Origin: Ruditapes philippinarum
Taxonomy: Eukaryota
Direction of reading: 5' to 3'
Assembly (NCBI RefSeq): GCF_026571515.1
Contig: NW_026857137.1
Location: forward strand, 1 to 64,000
DNA: 64,000 nt
Part shown: piece by piece, positions 13,595 through 33,559 of the stretch
Layout of the letters: every line of letters begins with the position of its first letter
Numbering within the stretch: position 1 is the first letter of the stretch
The notes under the pieces: model-generated
Database searches by the model: none
Seen by the model: only the letters and a program-made list of their open reading frames with translations
What the model was told of the DNA's origin: nothing
Program-made: the position numbers and the translations under genes

Positions 13595-13729
13595 TTATAA
13601 ATATTTCTGACAGGTTATATGGCCCTATATAAACAGTTGTTTGTAATATAACCCTCACCTAGCGGCTCAGGTCATATTTCCAAACAACTGTTTATATAGG
13701 GCCATTTAACCTGTCAAAAATATTTATAA
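13595..13729. mobile_element. Foldback MITE, near-perfect ~135-bp hairpin
   Basis: ataaatatttctgacaggttatatggccctatataaacagttgtttg pairs with caaacaactgtttatatagggccatttaacctgtcaaaaatatttat. Confidence 0.8.
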
Positions 13730-14335
13730 TTAATAATATAGGATTCTTTCAGCTACAGTCTTATATGGCAATATTCACGTATGGAATAGCCTAAGTTAAT
13801 ATACAACTATAATTCAGTAAAATCCTTGTTAGAATACTTGGTTTTGGACAGTGAACCACAATTAAGATCCCTAAGACATGTGTCCAGTTTCAAATGAATG
13901 TGTTCTGAAAAGTTGGTTGTAGATATTCATCTTGCAAACTTACTTTTACTCATAAATTAATATTATACATTCAAATAAACTTTAACAAAAGAGTTTGGCT
14001 GACTCAATGGCCATTAGGATGGTCAAGCTACATTCAACAAAAATGAAATCGCATTTTACTTTAGCCATACATTACTCATTGACATCTAAATAGAATTTCT
14101 AAAATTAGCAGAAAAAAAAATATCCCTGATCTAAATATTTAACAAAATAATGTTAGAATAATATTTTCCGAATCTCCTCTCTTATTTTGGCATGATCGAA
14201 TGGTAGGTTTTATTTTCACATCATTATATGAGACTCTGACAACAAAATTCTGACCATATATAGTGATATTCACATTATTAGTACCAAAAAATAAGAAAAG
14301 AAAACAAGGTGTCCAAACAATCCAAATCAGTCAAA

Positions 14336-21245
<6,910 letters not shown>

Positions 21246-21249
21246 TCTT

Positions 21250-21387
21250 TCAACACAAGCTGTCTAATTCCCTATCCACTTCTTTAGTCACTCTACAAAA
21301 CTCTGCAAAGATCATCTAAACAGGTAGGTACATGTATATTCTTGTCATTTTAGTTGATGATGCTAATCCATTGGCATGTCCAAGCAT
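21250..21387 (-). promoter_or_regulatory. Two abutting upstream ORFs in the MAPK 5' leader
   Basis: uORF1 21387-21316 MLGHANGLASSTKMTRIYMYLPV*. uORF2 21315-21250 MIFAEFCRVTKEVDRELDSLC*. Candidate acceptor at 21396-21398; main ATG at 21245. Confidence 0.55.
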
Positions 21388-21514
21388 TTTGTGGTCTGAA
21401 AAACAGAAGAAAAAAAAATTTCATTACATTTTATTGGTGCAAGTTCTTAAAAAAAAACTCCAATTTAAGACAAACATACCCATATATTTATGTACAACTA
21501 AACTGACTTTTGAA

Positions 21515-21826
21515 AACAAGAGCTGTTAGTAAGACAGTAGCGACTTTTCTCAGTGCTTGATAGTAAAAGCGAAATCCTGCATTATGTAAAAAAATTTAAG
21601 CATAAAAAGGCCATAATTCTGTCAAAATCCATGTTAGTTATGGGCCTTAGCCAGTGACCTCCAATAAGTATGCATGCAAATAAACATGTTAAATTCTAAC
21701 CCATTCCCTTCAGTAGTTTTGAAGATACCAATTTGCAGATAAAAATTAAATCAAAGTGTGACTCCAATGCTGAGTTGAGTACACTTACAGCTCTCGGGTC
21801 TCCCTATTCTTTGAATAGTCCAGCTA
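21515..21826 (-). mobile_element. Short HINE-like element; a related copy is at ~23020-23320
   Basis: aacaagagctg end. Shares ttctcagtgc.tgatag, attctgtcaaaatccatgtta, cattcccttcagta and aatcaaagtgtga. Confidence 0.55.
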
Positions 21827-22531
21827 ACAAGAGCACTGCATGCAGCAAAAATTCTTGGTTAAAACTCCAAAAATATAACTTTCAGAATTTAGCCCCTTGT
21901 CTAACAATAGTTCTGCAATATGCAATATGATGAGTAAAACTGGTTTTTACTACAGAGCAGCACTTTTTTCTTCACTTTCAAGGAAATGGTGGTCAGTCCA
22001 ATAGAAAGGTAAAAGGAGGGGGAAAATGGGAAATTTAGAAACAGATACATGTCAAATAGTGATATAATATCATTGTTTTTACCTCCGCCTGTGTCTTGTA
22101 ATTGTAATAAAATGGATTCTCTTTTTTTTCAGAAATAAGGGAAAATATTTACTTTCTTGGGAGGGGAATGGGACCAAATTTCAGCACAAGATTGGCCCTA
22201 AAAGCACTGCAGAGATGTTTTTTATATAATTTATGAAGAACAACAAGAGATGAATCTACATACCAAATATCTAGTAGTCTCTACATATATGCTCTAGGTT
22301 TTGTAGTTTTTAAGGTTAAGATTTTTAAGATATATTTACTATAGTTAATGTCTAATTATTAACTTTAACTACCAGCCTTAGACCACTTCTGACCCCTGGC
22401 CATAATTACTCCATGCATTGTACACTGTGTATCTAAGCTCTGGGCATTATAGTTTCACAGAAGAAGATTTAAAAGTTTTTTCATATATGTAAACATTACA
22501 TGGCAAATATAAATTACAAATATGTGACTTT

Positions 22532-22749
22532 TGGTTTATACAGAATTTATTTTTAGTTTGATTGTGTAAGAAGCTATAAGCTTATAGACACACTTTCGAA
22601 TCTGTTCCTGGAACCAACCAGTACTGAGCAATGAGTGTAAAGTTTCTTGCTCAAGGAAACAACGACTAGCCCCTGACGGGGTTTGAACCGATGTGGCTAG
22701 CAATCATTAGATTACTAGTCTGACGCGTTAACCACTCGGCCATGCTGCC
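22532..22749 (-). mobile_element. tRNA-derived SINE with CORE-like segment
   Basis: Minus strand reads ggcagcatggccgagtggttaacgcgtc..ggttcaaacccc (A/B boxes), then tccttgagcaagaaactttacac. A second copy is at 54309-54506. Confidence 0.8.
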
Positions 22750-23713
22750 ACATGTGTGATTTTTCTGAAGGACCCCTAGGTGATCTGACAAACCTAGGTG
22801 ATCTGTCACAAACCAAATATCTAAGCTATGATTCATTATCAACTATTATAATCATCAAATCAAAAAATTTATATATATATAACAACAATAAATAAATTTT
22901 TTGATTTGATGATTATAAGAGTTTCTGAGGAGAAGTTTTTACCTCCCAAAGAGTTTGCCGGAAACAGCTAACAAATTCTGGATAGCAAGAATGGATCATC
23001 CAAAATAAAAATCTGTCTTTAGGACAGAATTCTTGGCTATTCTCAGTGCCTGATAGTTAAACAAGAGCCAGGGTAATGTAGAATTTTCTGAGTTCAAAAA
23101 GGGTCATTATTCTGTCAAAATCCATGTTATAGAATTATGGACATTGGATAATAAGTGACCTCCTATTTTGCATTCAAATAGGTACTTAATAAGGTTTCAA
23201 CACATTCCCTTCAGTAATTTTGGAGATACTAACTTACACTCATAAACTTAATCAAAGTGTGATGCTGACGCATGGGTAAGTACAATAGCTCTCCCTTTTC
23301 TTCAAATACTTGAGTTAAAAACTAAAGAAAAAGGTTGGACTTTAGCGTTATGTTGTGCGTGCAACTATCTTCCAGTCTCAATTTGGTGTGAAAACATTAG
23401 ACTTTACACAACACGGTGGCCAGTACTATACTTCTTTCTTGATATAAATGTTATATATACCATGTACACACTTAGTTTAATTATATCAAATCAGGGTGAA
23501 TGTACGTGTAAAGGCATGGCAGCATCGTACAGCGTATATTCACATCATAGAGAACCATAATTTGGATAAAATTGCAACATGTTTGTGTTGATTCATTACA
23601 AAATAACTCACTTATTGGGATCAAGTTAATGGCAACAATGCAAAATGTGCCGGTTTCTCTGGGAAGTACTGTTAGTGTTACACAAACATTACAGACATCA
23701 AGCTCTTGCCCAT

Positions 23714-24738
23714 CATACATGTGACATCCCGGCGGGATTTAAAAAAATCCCGATATTTCAACACTGATCCCGATTCCCGATATTACAACTTGAATTCCCG
23801 ATATTTATAAAAAATCAACATAAAAAAAATCACAGCACCTGTATCTAAAATGTAAACCGTGCCTCCGGGCATTGATTGTTATCTGTCTCATATCCTAAAT
23901 TATAGCGGATTAAATGTTGAGTCGCTAATTGACAGCAAGGTGACGTAATAAACAGTTCCATCACCCAAAGTAATTCTCACATGTTTAACTTAACACGTGG
24001 TGTGTATCAGTCAATTGACCTCTTGTATAATTTGGCAGTAGGTATTACACGCTACGTCATCAAAACTACCCTGTAAATTTACATGTATGAATTCGGCTCA
24101 ACCTTTGATTTTCTTTGATTAGTGCCGCACTGATAAAGATTAAAGGTGAGCAGAATCATTTAAAGTGGATCATTCAAAAACCTATTTGAGATGCGGCAAA
24201 ACCATGTCTAATTAACCTATTTTTAGTGAGTTGGTAATTTTTTGTTTTGTTTAGGAATTACACAAACATCGAGGCAAAATTGTGGATTTAATTAACGGAG
24301 CGATTCTTGCATTTATTTTAAGTCTTCTACTTGCGTTACGTTATTTAACTGTCACATGAATAGTTGTTGCATGTTTTCAAATAGATTGTGTTTTAAATTA
24401 TCAGCCAATTATTGTATGACTGAAAAGACAGATATAATTATTCCAACTGAAAATAATGAAATGAGAAAATGTGACTGTTTTAGAAATAGCCTGTAATATG
24501 ACTTCACTCATTTATTTATTTTTTGGTGAAACAAATTAATATTGAATATTTAAATTGATAAATAAAAAAATCATAAAAAAAGTATAATCATTTAATGATT
24601 TTGAGGGTAATATAGTTTCTTTGAACCAAATGTGCCAAACACGCATTGAAATTCAAGTCGATAAAAAAAAATCCAGTTTTGAGCCTCAAAATCCAGCTGA
24701 AAATCCAGATTTGGCCCATTTCATTTGTCACATGTATG
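23714..24738. mobile_element. Non-autonomous DNA transposon, 13-bp TIR and 6-bp TSD (hAT-like)
   Basis: TIR catacatgtgaca / tgtcacatgtatg. TSD gcccat at 23708-23713 and 24739-24744. Subterminal tcccgat repeats. Confidence 0.8.
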
Positions 24739-25401
24739 GCCCATCCTAATGACAAATAAATAAGAACAGTTTCACACCAAATGTTAACTAATCCTGCATA
24801 TAAACATACCCAGTGAATACGGTCTAGTCATTTGTAACAAAAGTATGGCTTGAAAAATACAGCTGTAAGACTGTAAATTATTTGATATTGTATACAAATT
24901 ATTACAATGTAAAAAGGTAGATCTATAAAACTTCAACAGTCAATTGAATTTGAAATTGATCAAAATCTACTATTATTTCTTAAATAATTTTGACACTCGG
25001 ACCTGAGAAAAAATGATAACACCACTTTCATTTGACCTTTTATTTACAAATAGGCCTACTGTTATAATATGTTCGTCATGTCAAGTTCAACTATCCGAAA
25101 ATAGGTTGGTCATTTACTATGACACATATATACATTTCAAAACACATCAAGCTACAGCCAATTAAAATTAACAATTTTACACTATCACAAAGATTATTTA
25201 AATATCAAAATACATACAGTCATGATTTCCGGTTTGCACTCTGAAATACTGGATTATGATATTTTTTACGGACAATTACTTTACACCGGAAGCGATCATT
25301 CTAAAAATTGCTGACGACTCATTTTGAATATTATCGGTATAATCCTAAAAGAATGGAACACCGTATAAATGGCCTTTTCACTACATTTACCGAATACTCA
25401 C

Positions 25402-25480
25402 TTAATTTTCTTATGGTGCTTTATATCTGTAATAAAAGTCTCTGATTTTCTGAAAGTCGCCGGAAAAAAATGTAGTTGCA
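25402..25480 (-). other. Probable non-coding first exon/promoter region of the MAPK gene
   Basis: Strong donor gtgagt at 25401-25396 on minus, with nearby ccggaa ETS-like sites. The 5' end is not determinable. Confidence 0.35.
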
Positions 25481-26654
25481 GGTTAAAAAGAAACGCAATG
25501 TTGCTGTCTATTCTGAAAATTTACCAAAAGAACAAGACAAAGTTACCCACATAGTTATTAAGACACCAGTTATTAACACATTTCAAACGTTAAAGAGTCG
25601 TACACATATTTGAATTATCCGAAAGCAATCAGTCAATAAAAGCATATTAATTACCACCTTATAATTCAGCAGTGACAATAGAAACATTCGAATCTATTGT
25701 CACTCTGCCTCTAGTACCGGTTTCTATGTCAAAAAATAAATTAATTTGTCAATCATACTATATGTATATGAAGTCAAAATATTTTGACGTGCCCAAATTA
25801 GATTATGAGATATTTTTTCTGGATCAGAATTGCAGTTATACCCTTACACAAAATAGCACAGTATCTCAACGCGTAGTACAGTTAGTTGGACTAAGTAAAA
25901 AGTTTTAAATTTTCACTTTTTAAAATATCTATAACCAGCGCTCACACATAATCTTTCCAGTTAATTGACAAAGTTTGGTATTCAGAAGAAGAAGAAGAAG
26001 AAGTAAAGATGAAAAATCGATGAATGCATAAGTGTACACGACTTACAGTGCTTCTTAGCTTAATTGCTCATGTTTTTCTTCATCAACAGCTTTTATTTCA
26101 ATGTCCTGTGGTTTGCTTGAATGTCTAAATGAATTGAAGTTGTGATCTACATTTTATACATTAGTAATGCTGGACTCAGAAATAGTTCATCAGTTTTAGA
26201 TGAATTGGATCCATTAATATTATATTATACATGAATTACTTTAAAATGTTTCAATATTGTTGAAAGACGATAGCCTGTCACGCATCAAACCTGTAGTGAT
26301 CGGATGGCTATTTAATCAAAGCATTATTCTATCCACAAAGAATTTGTGAGTTCGATATACACTTAATTGAGGTACAATTTACAATGTTACATGACATTGT
26401 ATTTATCAAAATGGAATTTGAAGTCCATTTAGTGATGTAGATACGTGGCAATATTTATATAATCGTGACATACATATTTCATAATAAGCTGCGATGATGT
26501 TCAAAAGCAACGGAATCATCTCCTTCACAACACGATTCCTTTCTAGATATGGGATTTCTTATTTGCATATGTGAAAGAAAAAGCAGATTTTATGACAAAT
26601 CATTTTAAGACATGCTCAATCGCCACGTAACAGCTAGAATCATGACATGCTGAC

Positions 26655-26753
26655 TATATAAGAAAGACCCTTTTTGAGAGTTCGTGTTAAATAAGAATCT
26701 ATATTCTCTTAACTTTAATTGTTGCGCTGCATTCGTACTTGTGCTTGGTGAGT
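26655..26753 (+). pseudogene. Orphan first exon paralogous to the I84 inhibitor gene
   Basis: actatataagaa TATA context identical to 35401. Encodes ..CCAAFVLVL + G|GTGAGT versus CCVLLVAVL + G|GTGAGT. No in-frame ATG. Confidence 0.6.
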
Positions 26754-28507
26754 GACTATTTCATTAATTATAAGTTATTAATGATATGATTATAGATATA
26801 ACTTAAAATTCTTAACTGTTCAAACGTTGTTGACATAAACTTAAGATTATTTATCATATCACTAAAACTTTAAACACATTAACCATTGTATTACAAAAGG
26901 ATGGTCTCTATAATTAGTGTGGAAAGTATATAAATTTTCGTTATTGTATAAGATACAATGTATATTAATAGCGTCCGCTTAACCCTATAAGGTTTCACAC
27001 TTTCCTCTCATACATGTACTTATTTTTATTATTTCATTATCTTATACATATTATATACGACTGCTATATCCTATTTAATGGTATGAACCCTCAGCAAGTG
27101 TTTCCAGTTTTCTCAGTATACTGCAGTTTGAGGAAATAAAAAAAACAATAAGTAAGCATAAAATCATGATATTGCCACTTTGCCATACTATATACATTGT
27201 ATGTACATTGTAAGATAATCAAAACTTAACAGATACAAAAAGTCCCAGAGTATAAATATGGTGATAAATACTACAATATTGACTTGCATACCTATTTAGT
27301 ATCATTCAGTGAATTACTGAATTTTTTCGTATAATAGATTCGTCCGTTACATAAATATCAAATCAAACAGATACTCATTATTAATAACCGAAATATATCT
27401 CGCAGAAAACAATAAATATTGTTTTATACGATTAAAACGTTTCTTACATTATTTCTGATCAGGACCGATACAGTGCTGTATTAAAAATATAAAGTCACAC
27501 GTACACAAAAAGAAATCCAAATTAGTTTGAGTTACATCGGATTTCAGCCATGCCCACCTTTGGAAAATAATCATATAGATATACTTTTGCTGATATTCCT
27601 GTTCGAATACTGTAAATAATCGTAGATTACATTAAAACAGTGTTCATCTGACTTTGTTAACACATGCAAATTAATCAATAATTAAGGAATTGGTAACATT
27701 TTTAATAAACTTCAACTTAATTTATATATGCTAGAAAACCATTGTCCAAGGAAGGAACATATTGACATTTTCAACATTTACACACAAAGGCAAGTACACA
27801 TTATTACCACAGAGAGTTCAGTGAGGACAAACGACAATCTGTTTGGTGACGCATTAATTAACGCATACATTGAAAAACTTAATTATTTAGGTGACTTTGG
27901 AATATACGAGGCAGCTCTTGACATATGTCAAGTGATTAAAAGACAAATGCATGCATTCTTTTATTCTTCATTGTACATTATAAGAGCTAACATCTAACCG
28001 TAACATTTTTGTATCTTTATTAAGAAAATTTACCTTTACTGGAGAGGAATTGATATAAGCATTGTTTTACTTGTTTTCCAATCCAGTCTGTTTTCCTTGT
28101 TGTGAAATGTTTGTAAATGTAGTTTATATGTACAATTAATTGAATAAATAAAGTTTAAACTAAGACATTTTTGAGTATATCTATCTTTCCCGTATAGGTA
28201 TAAATTGTTATCTGTGTGGAAACGAAAATGCAATGTTTAAACAATAAAATTTCATTTTTTTCCAGTTTCACTTGGGGCCGTCATCTTTCTATTTAATTCT
28301 ACGTATATTTCTTTGCATATTATTTAAATTGATCAATGGGAGAATTTCAGATTTTATGTTTTTTTTTTGACTCTGGACCTCAGTGAAGCTCCTTTAAGTA
28401 TATCATTAAAAACAAACGCAAGAATGAACATTTACATTCAAGTATGTAATTAATCAAAGTCGAAGCAATGTCATGAATATTTCACACGTTTTGCTAAAAC
28501 GGTCATA

Positions 28508-31500
28508 AGATAAGATAAGATAGTTTATTAAAGTCTCATCATCATGTACAATATTAAAATAATACAAATATAAAACCTACGACATTGTACATAAATGCCA
28601 CTCAAAGATGAGTTATAAGAGACTATACATAACTTTACAACAAATCTAACATATTGGACATATCTACAAAGTTACTTAAAAATAAAACCAAGTATTTTTT
28701 ATTCTTTTTTAAAAAAAAAAATAATAATAATGTGAAGTGTTGAGACAACCAGACTGTATTTATTTTAGTTGAAATTCTGTGTAGTTTGTGTTGTTATTGC
28801 TGGTTGTAAGATTTGAATGTTACAGCAGTGTACAAGTTTACAGTGTTCCGAGAAACGCCCAGATATATGCAGATCCTACACACATCCGAATGTTCATCCA
28901 AACACTATACCCTTGATATAATATGTATGTGTGTTTTACATAAATAGTAATGATATTGGGTGTAAAGCAATAAACAAGAAAGTGTGATTTATTCATGACT
29001 AGACATTGCAGTCCTATAGTATCATAAGACCTATTTGTATGTTAATACAACTGTATCTGTTACAATGGTTCAATTCAAGAAGCAGCCTCCAACCAAATAC
29101 TCATGACTAAAATAAAGGCAAAGCTCAATATTGCGCATTAGAGCGATATCCTATATCAATATAAAAAATACAAAAATCTTAAATTAGGAATTTTTTATCA
29201 CGTCTACTTATTGGAACCTACTTCTTGAATATATTTGTAAAAACCATAAAAACAATCTAAAATATTACTAACCATTATTTACATATTGGTTAAAACGATA
29301 CTCCATAAAAACAAATAAAAGAATCATGATTTACAGTACAATTTTCTTTTTCTCTCAACCAGAATATGGTGGCAGGCTTTGGCAGATAAATATACTAGGT
29401 TTTCACTACTAAAAATTGTAACCATTTTGTCATCATCAGATATAATATCTCTATTTCTTAATACATCATCTAACGCAGAGACCAACTCTTTCCTTATATC
29501 ATTATATAATGGACAGTAAAGTAATACATGTTTCTCATCTTCTATAGTGTCCGGACAGTTAAAGCATTTTCTATTCATTACATCAATATTTTCATAGCGA
29601 CCTGTTTCTATTCTTAGTGGTGCTGCACCACATCTGAATTTTGTAAAGGCTGATCTATACATAAATGGCAACTTAGACGTAAGGTACTTTTCAGTGCAGA
29701 ACTGAGATTTAAACTTCCTGTAAGTCCTTAATTTATTCCCTCCATTTCCTCTAATGGCATTTTCTCTCTCAAGTAATAACTTCCATTTATTTGTTTCTAT
29801 TTCCATAAGTGTAGATTCTAGCATTGATATGGTAGGTTTGGCATTTCCGATATTAGCCTCTAGTATGTGATTACTATTAATATCTTTTAAAAGTTTCTTA
29901 AGTCGGTAAAAGCCATTCTTGACATTACTTGCTTTAGACCACATATATACAGACTTATTAATTCTATTATCATCCATATTCATAACTCTAAAATACTGTC
30001 TAAATACAGACACCCACTGTCTAACAATTGGTGGTTTCCAACCCATCTCTCCACTTACAGCCACATTCGGAGTGTATCTTCCAACACCTAAGTAGTAACG
30101 CATTGCCCTATGATGAACTGCATTAATGCACGAGTAAGATCTATCACCCCAAATCGGGGCACTGTAATTAATTATGGGCCATACCATTGAATCATAAAGT
30201 TTTGTTAATGTTGAGTACTGAAAACCACCAAATGCCTTACTTTTGGATATAACAAGACCAAGTGCTCTAGAGGCAGACATTGCAACTGTCTTTGCAATTT
30301 CATTATAATCCAAAAATTCATTTAGTACGACACCAAGATACTTATAACTATGAACAATTTCCAGTTTTTCTGAATTGAATTCAAAAACATGTTCAGTTTT
30401 AGAAACACTGTTGGCTCTAAAGTGAACAATATTGGATTTATCACAATTGACAGTCATTTTATTTTGACAACACCATAAAGCTAAAGCATCTAACATGGAT
30501 TGAAGATCTTTGGCGTTTTCTGCCAACAAAACTATGTCATCAGCATATAGCAAAAATATATTTTCTTTCACCAATATAAACACCTTTGTCTAAATTATTC
30601 ATATACATTACTAAATCATTAATATACAAGTTAAACAGCATTGGAGACAGGGGGCAGCCTTGTTTCAATCCACATTTTACATCAAACCAAGGTGTATCAA
30701 ATCCATTTAAGCGTATACAGCACTTAACATCTTTATATAATGATGAAATTGCCTGAAACAGTCTGCCCCCTATCCCCACCTGCTGGTGCAACTTTTGCCA
30801 TAGTGATGTACGGTCTATAAGGTCATACGCCTTCCTGAAATCTATAAAAGCAGTAAATGATTGTAACATTTTAAGTTTACGTGTTTTCAATAATAATTGT
30901 TAGGGACTGTACTTGGTCAATTGTACTTTTACCTTTTATAAAACCATTTTGCTCATCACTTATAATATTATTACTAGCTGTCCATTTTACTAATCTATTA
31001 TTTAAAACAGAGCAGTATATTTATACATGGATGGAAGCCAATGAAATCTGTATGACAAAGGATCCCATGGGTCTGTGGTTGGAAACTTGGGAACTGGTGA
31101 AATTATACTCTTAGACCATGCAGTAGGAACAGTACCACTTAAAAAACATCTATTAAAAAGACTATGTAGCAAAGCTAACGCAGAATCATTTTTTAGTAGT
31201 TCACATGGTATATTGTAATAACCCGGTGCTTTTCCAGACTTTGCATGTAAAATACATTTCAATACCTCATCAATAATTATCATGCTATCAAAGTGTTCAT
31301 TCGCTATTTCATCAACACTAGTAACATTAAACTGATCTAAATCAACAGAAGCCTGGTCATTGCCAAAGTCATTTGATGCAGTGTTCTTCGAGTTTAGAAG
31401 GACTTCAAAATCAGAGCCCACTTACTAAGTACAGTCTCTGGATCAGAGCTAATGGAACCATCGGACATTTTCACTTCAAACGGAATACGCTTTAAACGTT

Positions 31501-32757
31501 CATTTCCAATACCAATATTTCCAATACTTTTCCAAAATGATCTGGAGTTGGAAGATACTGCCGCCTCCAAATCAGACTGGGCTTGATAAACATATTGCCT
31601 CTTTGCTCTCTGAACACTACTATCAAATGCCTTTCTTCTCTGTTCATAAACATGTTTAAGATTTTGTCTATTACCATCTTTACATTTTAGCCACATTTTC
31701 TCCGCTTGGCATAAGTCAGTCCATAAGACAGTAAGGTGATCAGACCACCAAGGTTTATTTACTTTAAATTTCTTATCAGTTTTTCTGTGAGAAGAAATTT
31801 TTACAACTCTATGTTCTAGTTTAGAAGACATCTCCTTATGTACTATATTAACAAACTTATCATATGCCTCATTAAGACCAACCTGTGAAATCACTGTACT
31901 TTCCAAGTGACTAATAGTATCAAAAATCTCATGCTGAACATCTGGATTTGTCAAAAACTCTCTACCTACATTCTCAGTCTCATATAACAATTTGGTATAC
32001 TCTATACTAGACTGGGAATTACATTGTTTAATATTTGTTCCCTGACCGTCTAAACATATATTCCATCCAAGCAATGAATGGTCTGGTATTGTGAGCTTAC
32101 TAAGCTGAGAATACCCATTAGTAGAATCTAAAACATCGGACACCTTCAGTACTTCAAAATCATAAACTTTGACAAATTTCCATATGGAATTAAACAAAAA
32201 TCAACAACTGATGCACCTTGAGGTCCAACAAATGTAAAAATTATTGTTTATAGTATTCCTACATTAAGAATACAAAAATTTACATTAATTAAAAATTCAG
32301 TTAAGATGTCTCCAAATTGGTTTGAAGAAAAATCTATACATCTCTATCTGGTAGCTGATCAATACCAGGGATATAGTCTACATTGTAGAACATCTACTGT
32401 TAAAGTCACCACACAAAAATAATAATGTTTTTTTTCTTTCTGATATGTTTCTATTTGACAAAGAAGCGTGTCATAAAATTCATTTACATCAATCTGCCTA
32501 CTCGAGTTTTTCGGTGGCAAATAACAAACACAAGCAAGTATATCATCATAAATGACATTTTTTACATGACAATGAAATCCAAAAAATACCTTTAAACTCA
32601 TTGTCAATAATATTACAATTAAAATAATTTAAAAGGTCATTTTTTATCAAAAAAGCAACACCTCCTGACCCAGTTTTTGCTTTTTTATGCAAGTTACCTC
32701 TATTAGATACATAAAATGTATAGCCTTCTACATGTAATACTTGATTATCACGAAGAT
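28508..32757 (-). mobile_element. 5'-truncated, frameshifted non-LTR retrotransposon (APE endonuclease + RT; RTE-X/CR1-group-like)
   Basis: Endonuclease remnants GSGGVAF, GDFNSR and PDH. RT motifs AFIDFRKAYD, GLKQGCPLSP and YADD. C-terminal C-x2-C...H-x4-C. 3' aataaa + (tctta)n tail at ~28508-28530. TSD gtcata at 28502-28507 and 32758-32763. Confidence 0.92.
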
Positions 32758-33559
32758 GTCATATCTCCGCAGTGCCATTCGAATATACAGTCCGATCCTC
32801 CATAGTGTAATGGAAACTTGCAAAACTGTTGAACCTCAGTATGATGACCTTGAAATGTAAGAAAGAATTCAAAGACGCCCACATGTAAGCAAGAAAAATT
32901 GGTATCGTTAATTCTAAATAAGGGCACAATATGCCCCAGAAACGATATTTTCCCATTCTTAAGAAAAGGCAACAATGAGTTTTATAACATTTAAAGAATG
33001 GATTTAAAGAATATTAGATGCCTATCACCTGATGAAAGAAGCGCTAAATGTAAATTATTTGTCATAAAAGTAGCAAAATGTAAGCAAAGTAGTTTTTTAA
33101 CTTCCATACAAAATGCTGAAATCACTGTACTGTACTTATTATCAATTACATGTAGCAAAACAAACAAAAGATGGTACAGGCAATTTGCCAATGAGTAACA
33201 TTTTGAAAACTTTAAAAAAAGCTTTCGGGGAAAAATAAAAGCATTTCTGAGGCATATTGGGCATTTCATGTTATTTGTTTCTATAATAATGTTTCTATAA
33301 TGAAATAAGTAATATTTTATGAAATACCGTTACGTTTATGTGATCCAATCCTACTCTTCCACCTTACTAGCTTAACCTTTATAATTAATACTTTTTTCAT
33401 GACAAGCTTAACTTTTCAACAAAAGTATGTAATGATTTGTAAAAAAATTCAACCATGCTTTGGGGATACATGCATTTGCATTGCCTGTAATGACACTCTG
33501 TCGTTTTCTGGACAATTCACAGTCGCTGACAGTTCTCCATTCTTCGGGGTTCTTAAGAG
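32758..33559 (-). pseudogene. Inverted pseudogene paralog of the I84 inhibitor (exon 2 ~33559-33465; exon 3 32848-32758, cut by the LINE)
   Basis: Exon 2 ALKNPEEWRTVSDC..CPEND..ECHYRQCKC versus ALSSAEECRSVSDC..CPESN..ECHNRQCTC. Exon 3 CKFPLHYGGSDCIFEWHCGD versus CRVQSDCSGDDCRYGWHCVD. Phase-1 acceptors, C->W and C->Y losses, and frameshifts. Confidence 0.8.
32918..33268. mobile_element. MITE with TTAAAGG-type termini; sister copy at 45706-46084
   Basis: ggcaca.tatgcc.cagaaa ... tttctgagg.ata.tgggc ends and shared internal sequence. Confidence 0.6.

Noticed and set aside
27728-27997. 89-aa ORF, and other 60-90 aa ORFs in AT-rich intergenic DNA
   Set aside because: No motifs or supported splice structure; within chance expectation.
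28827-28935. Cys-containing stretch resembling inhibitor exon 2 (..ECSSKHYTL..CMC)
   Set aside because: It needs several frameshifts and lies inside the TSD-defined LINE 3' UTR.
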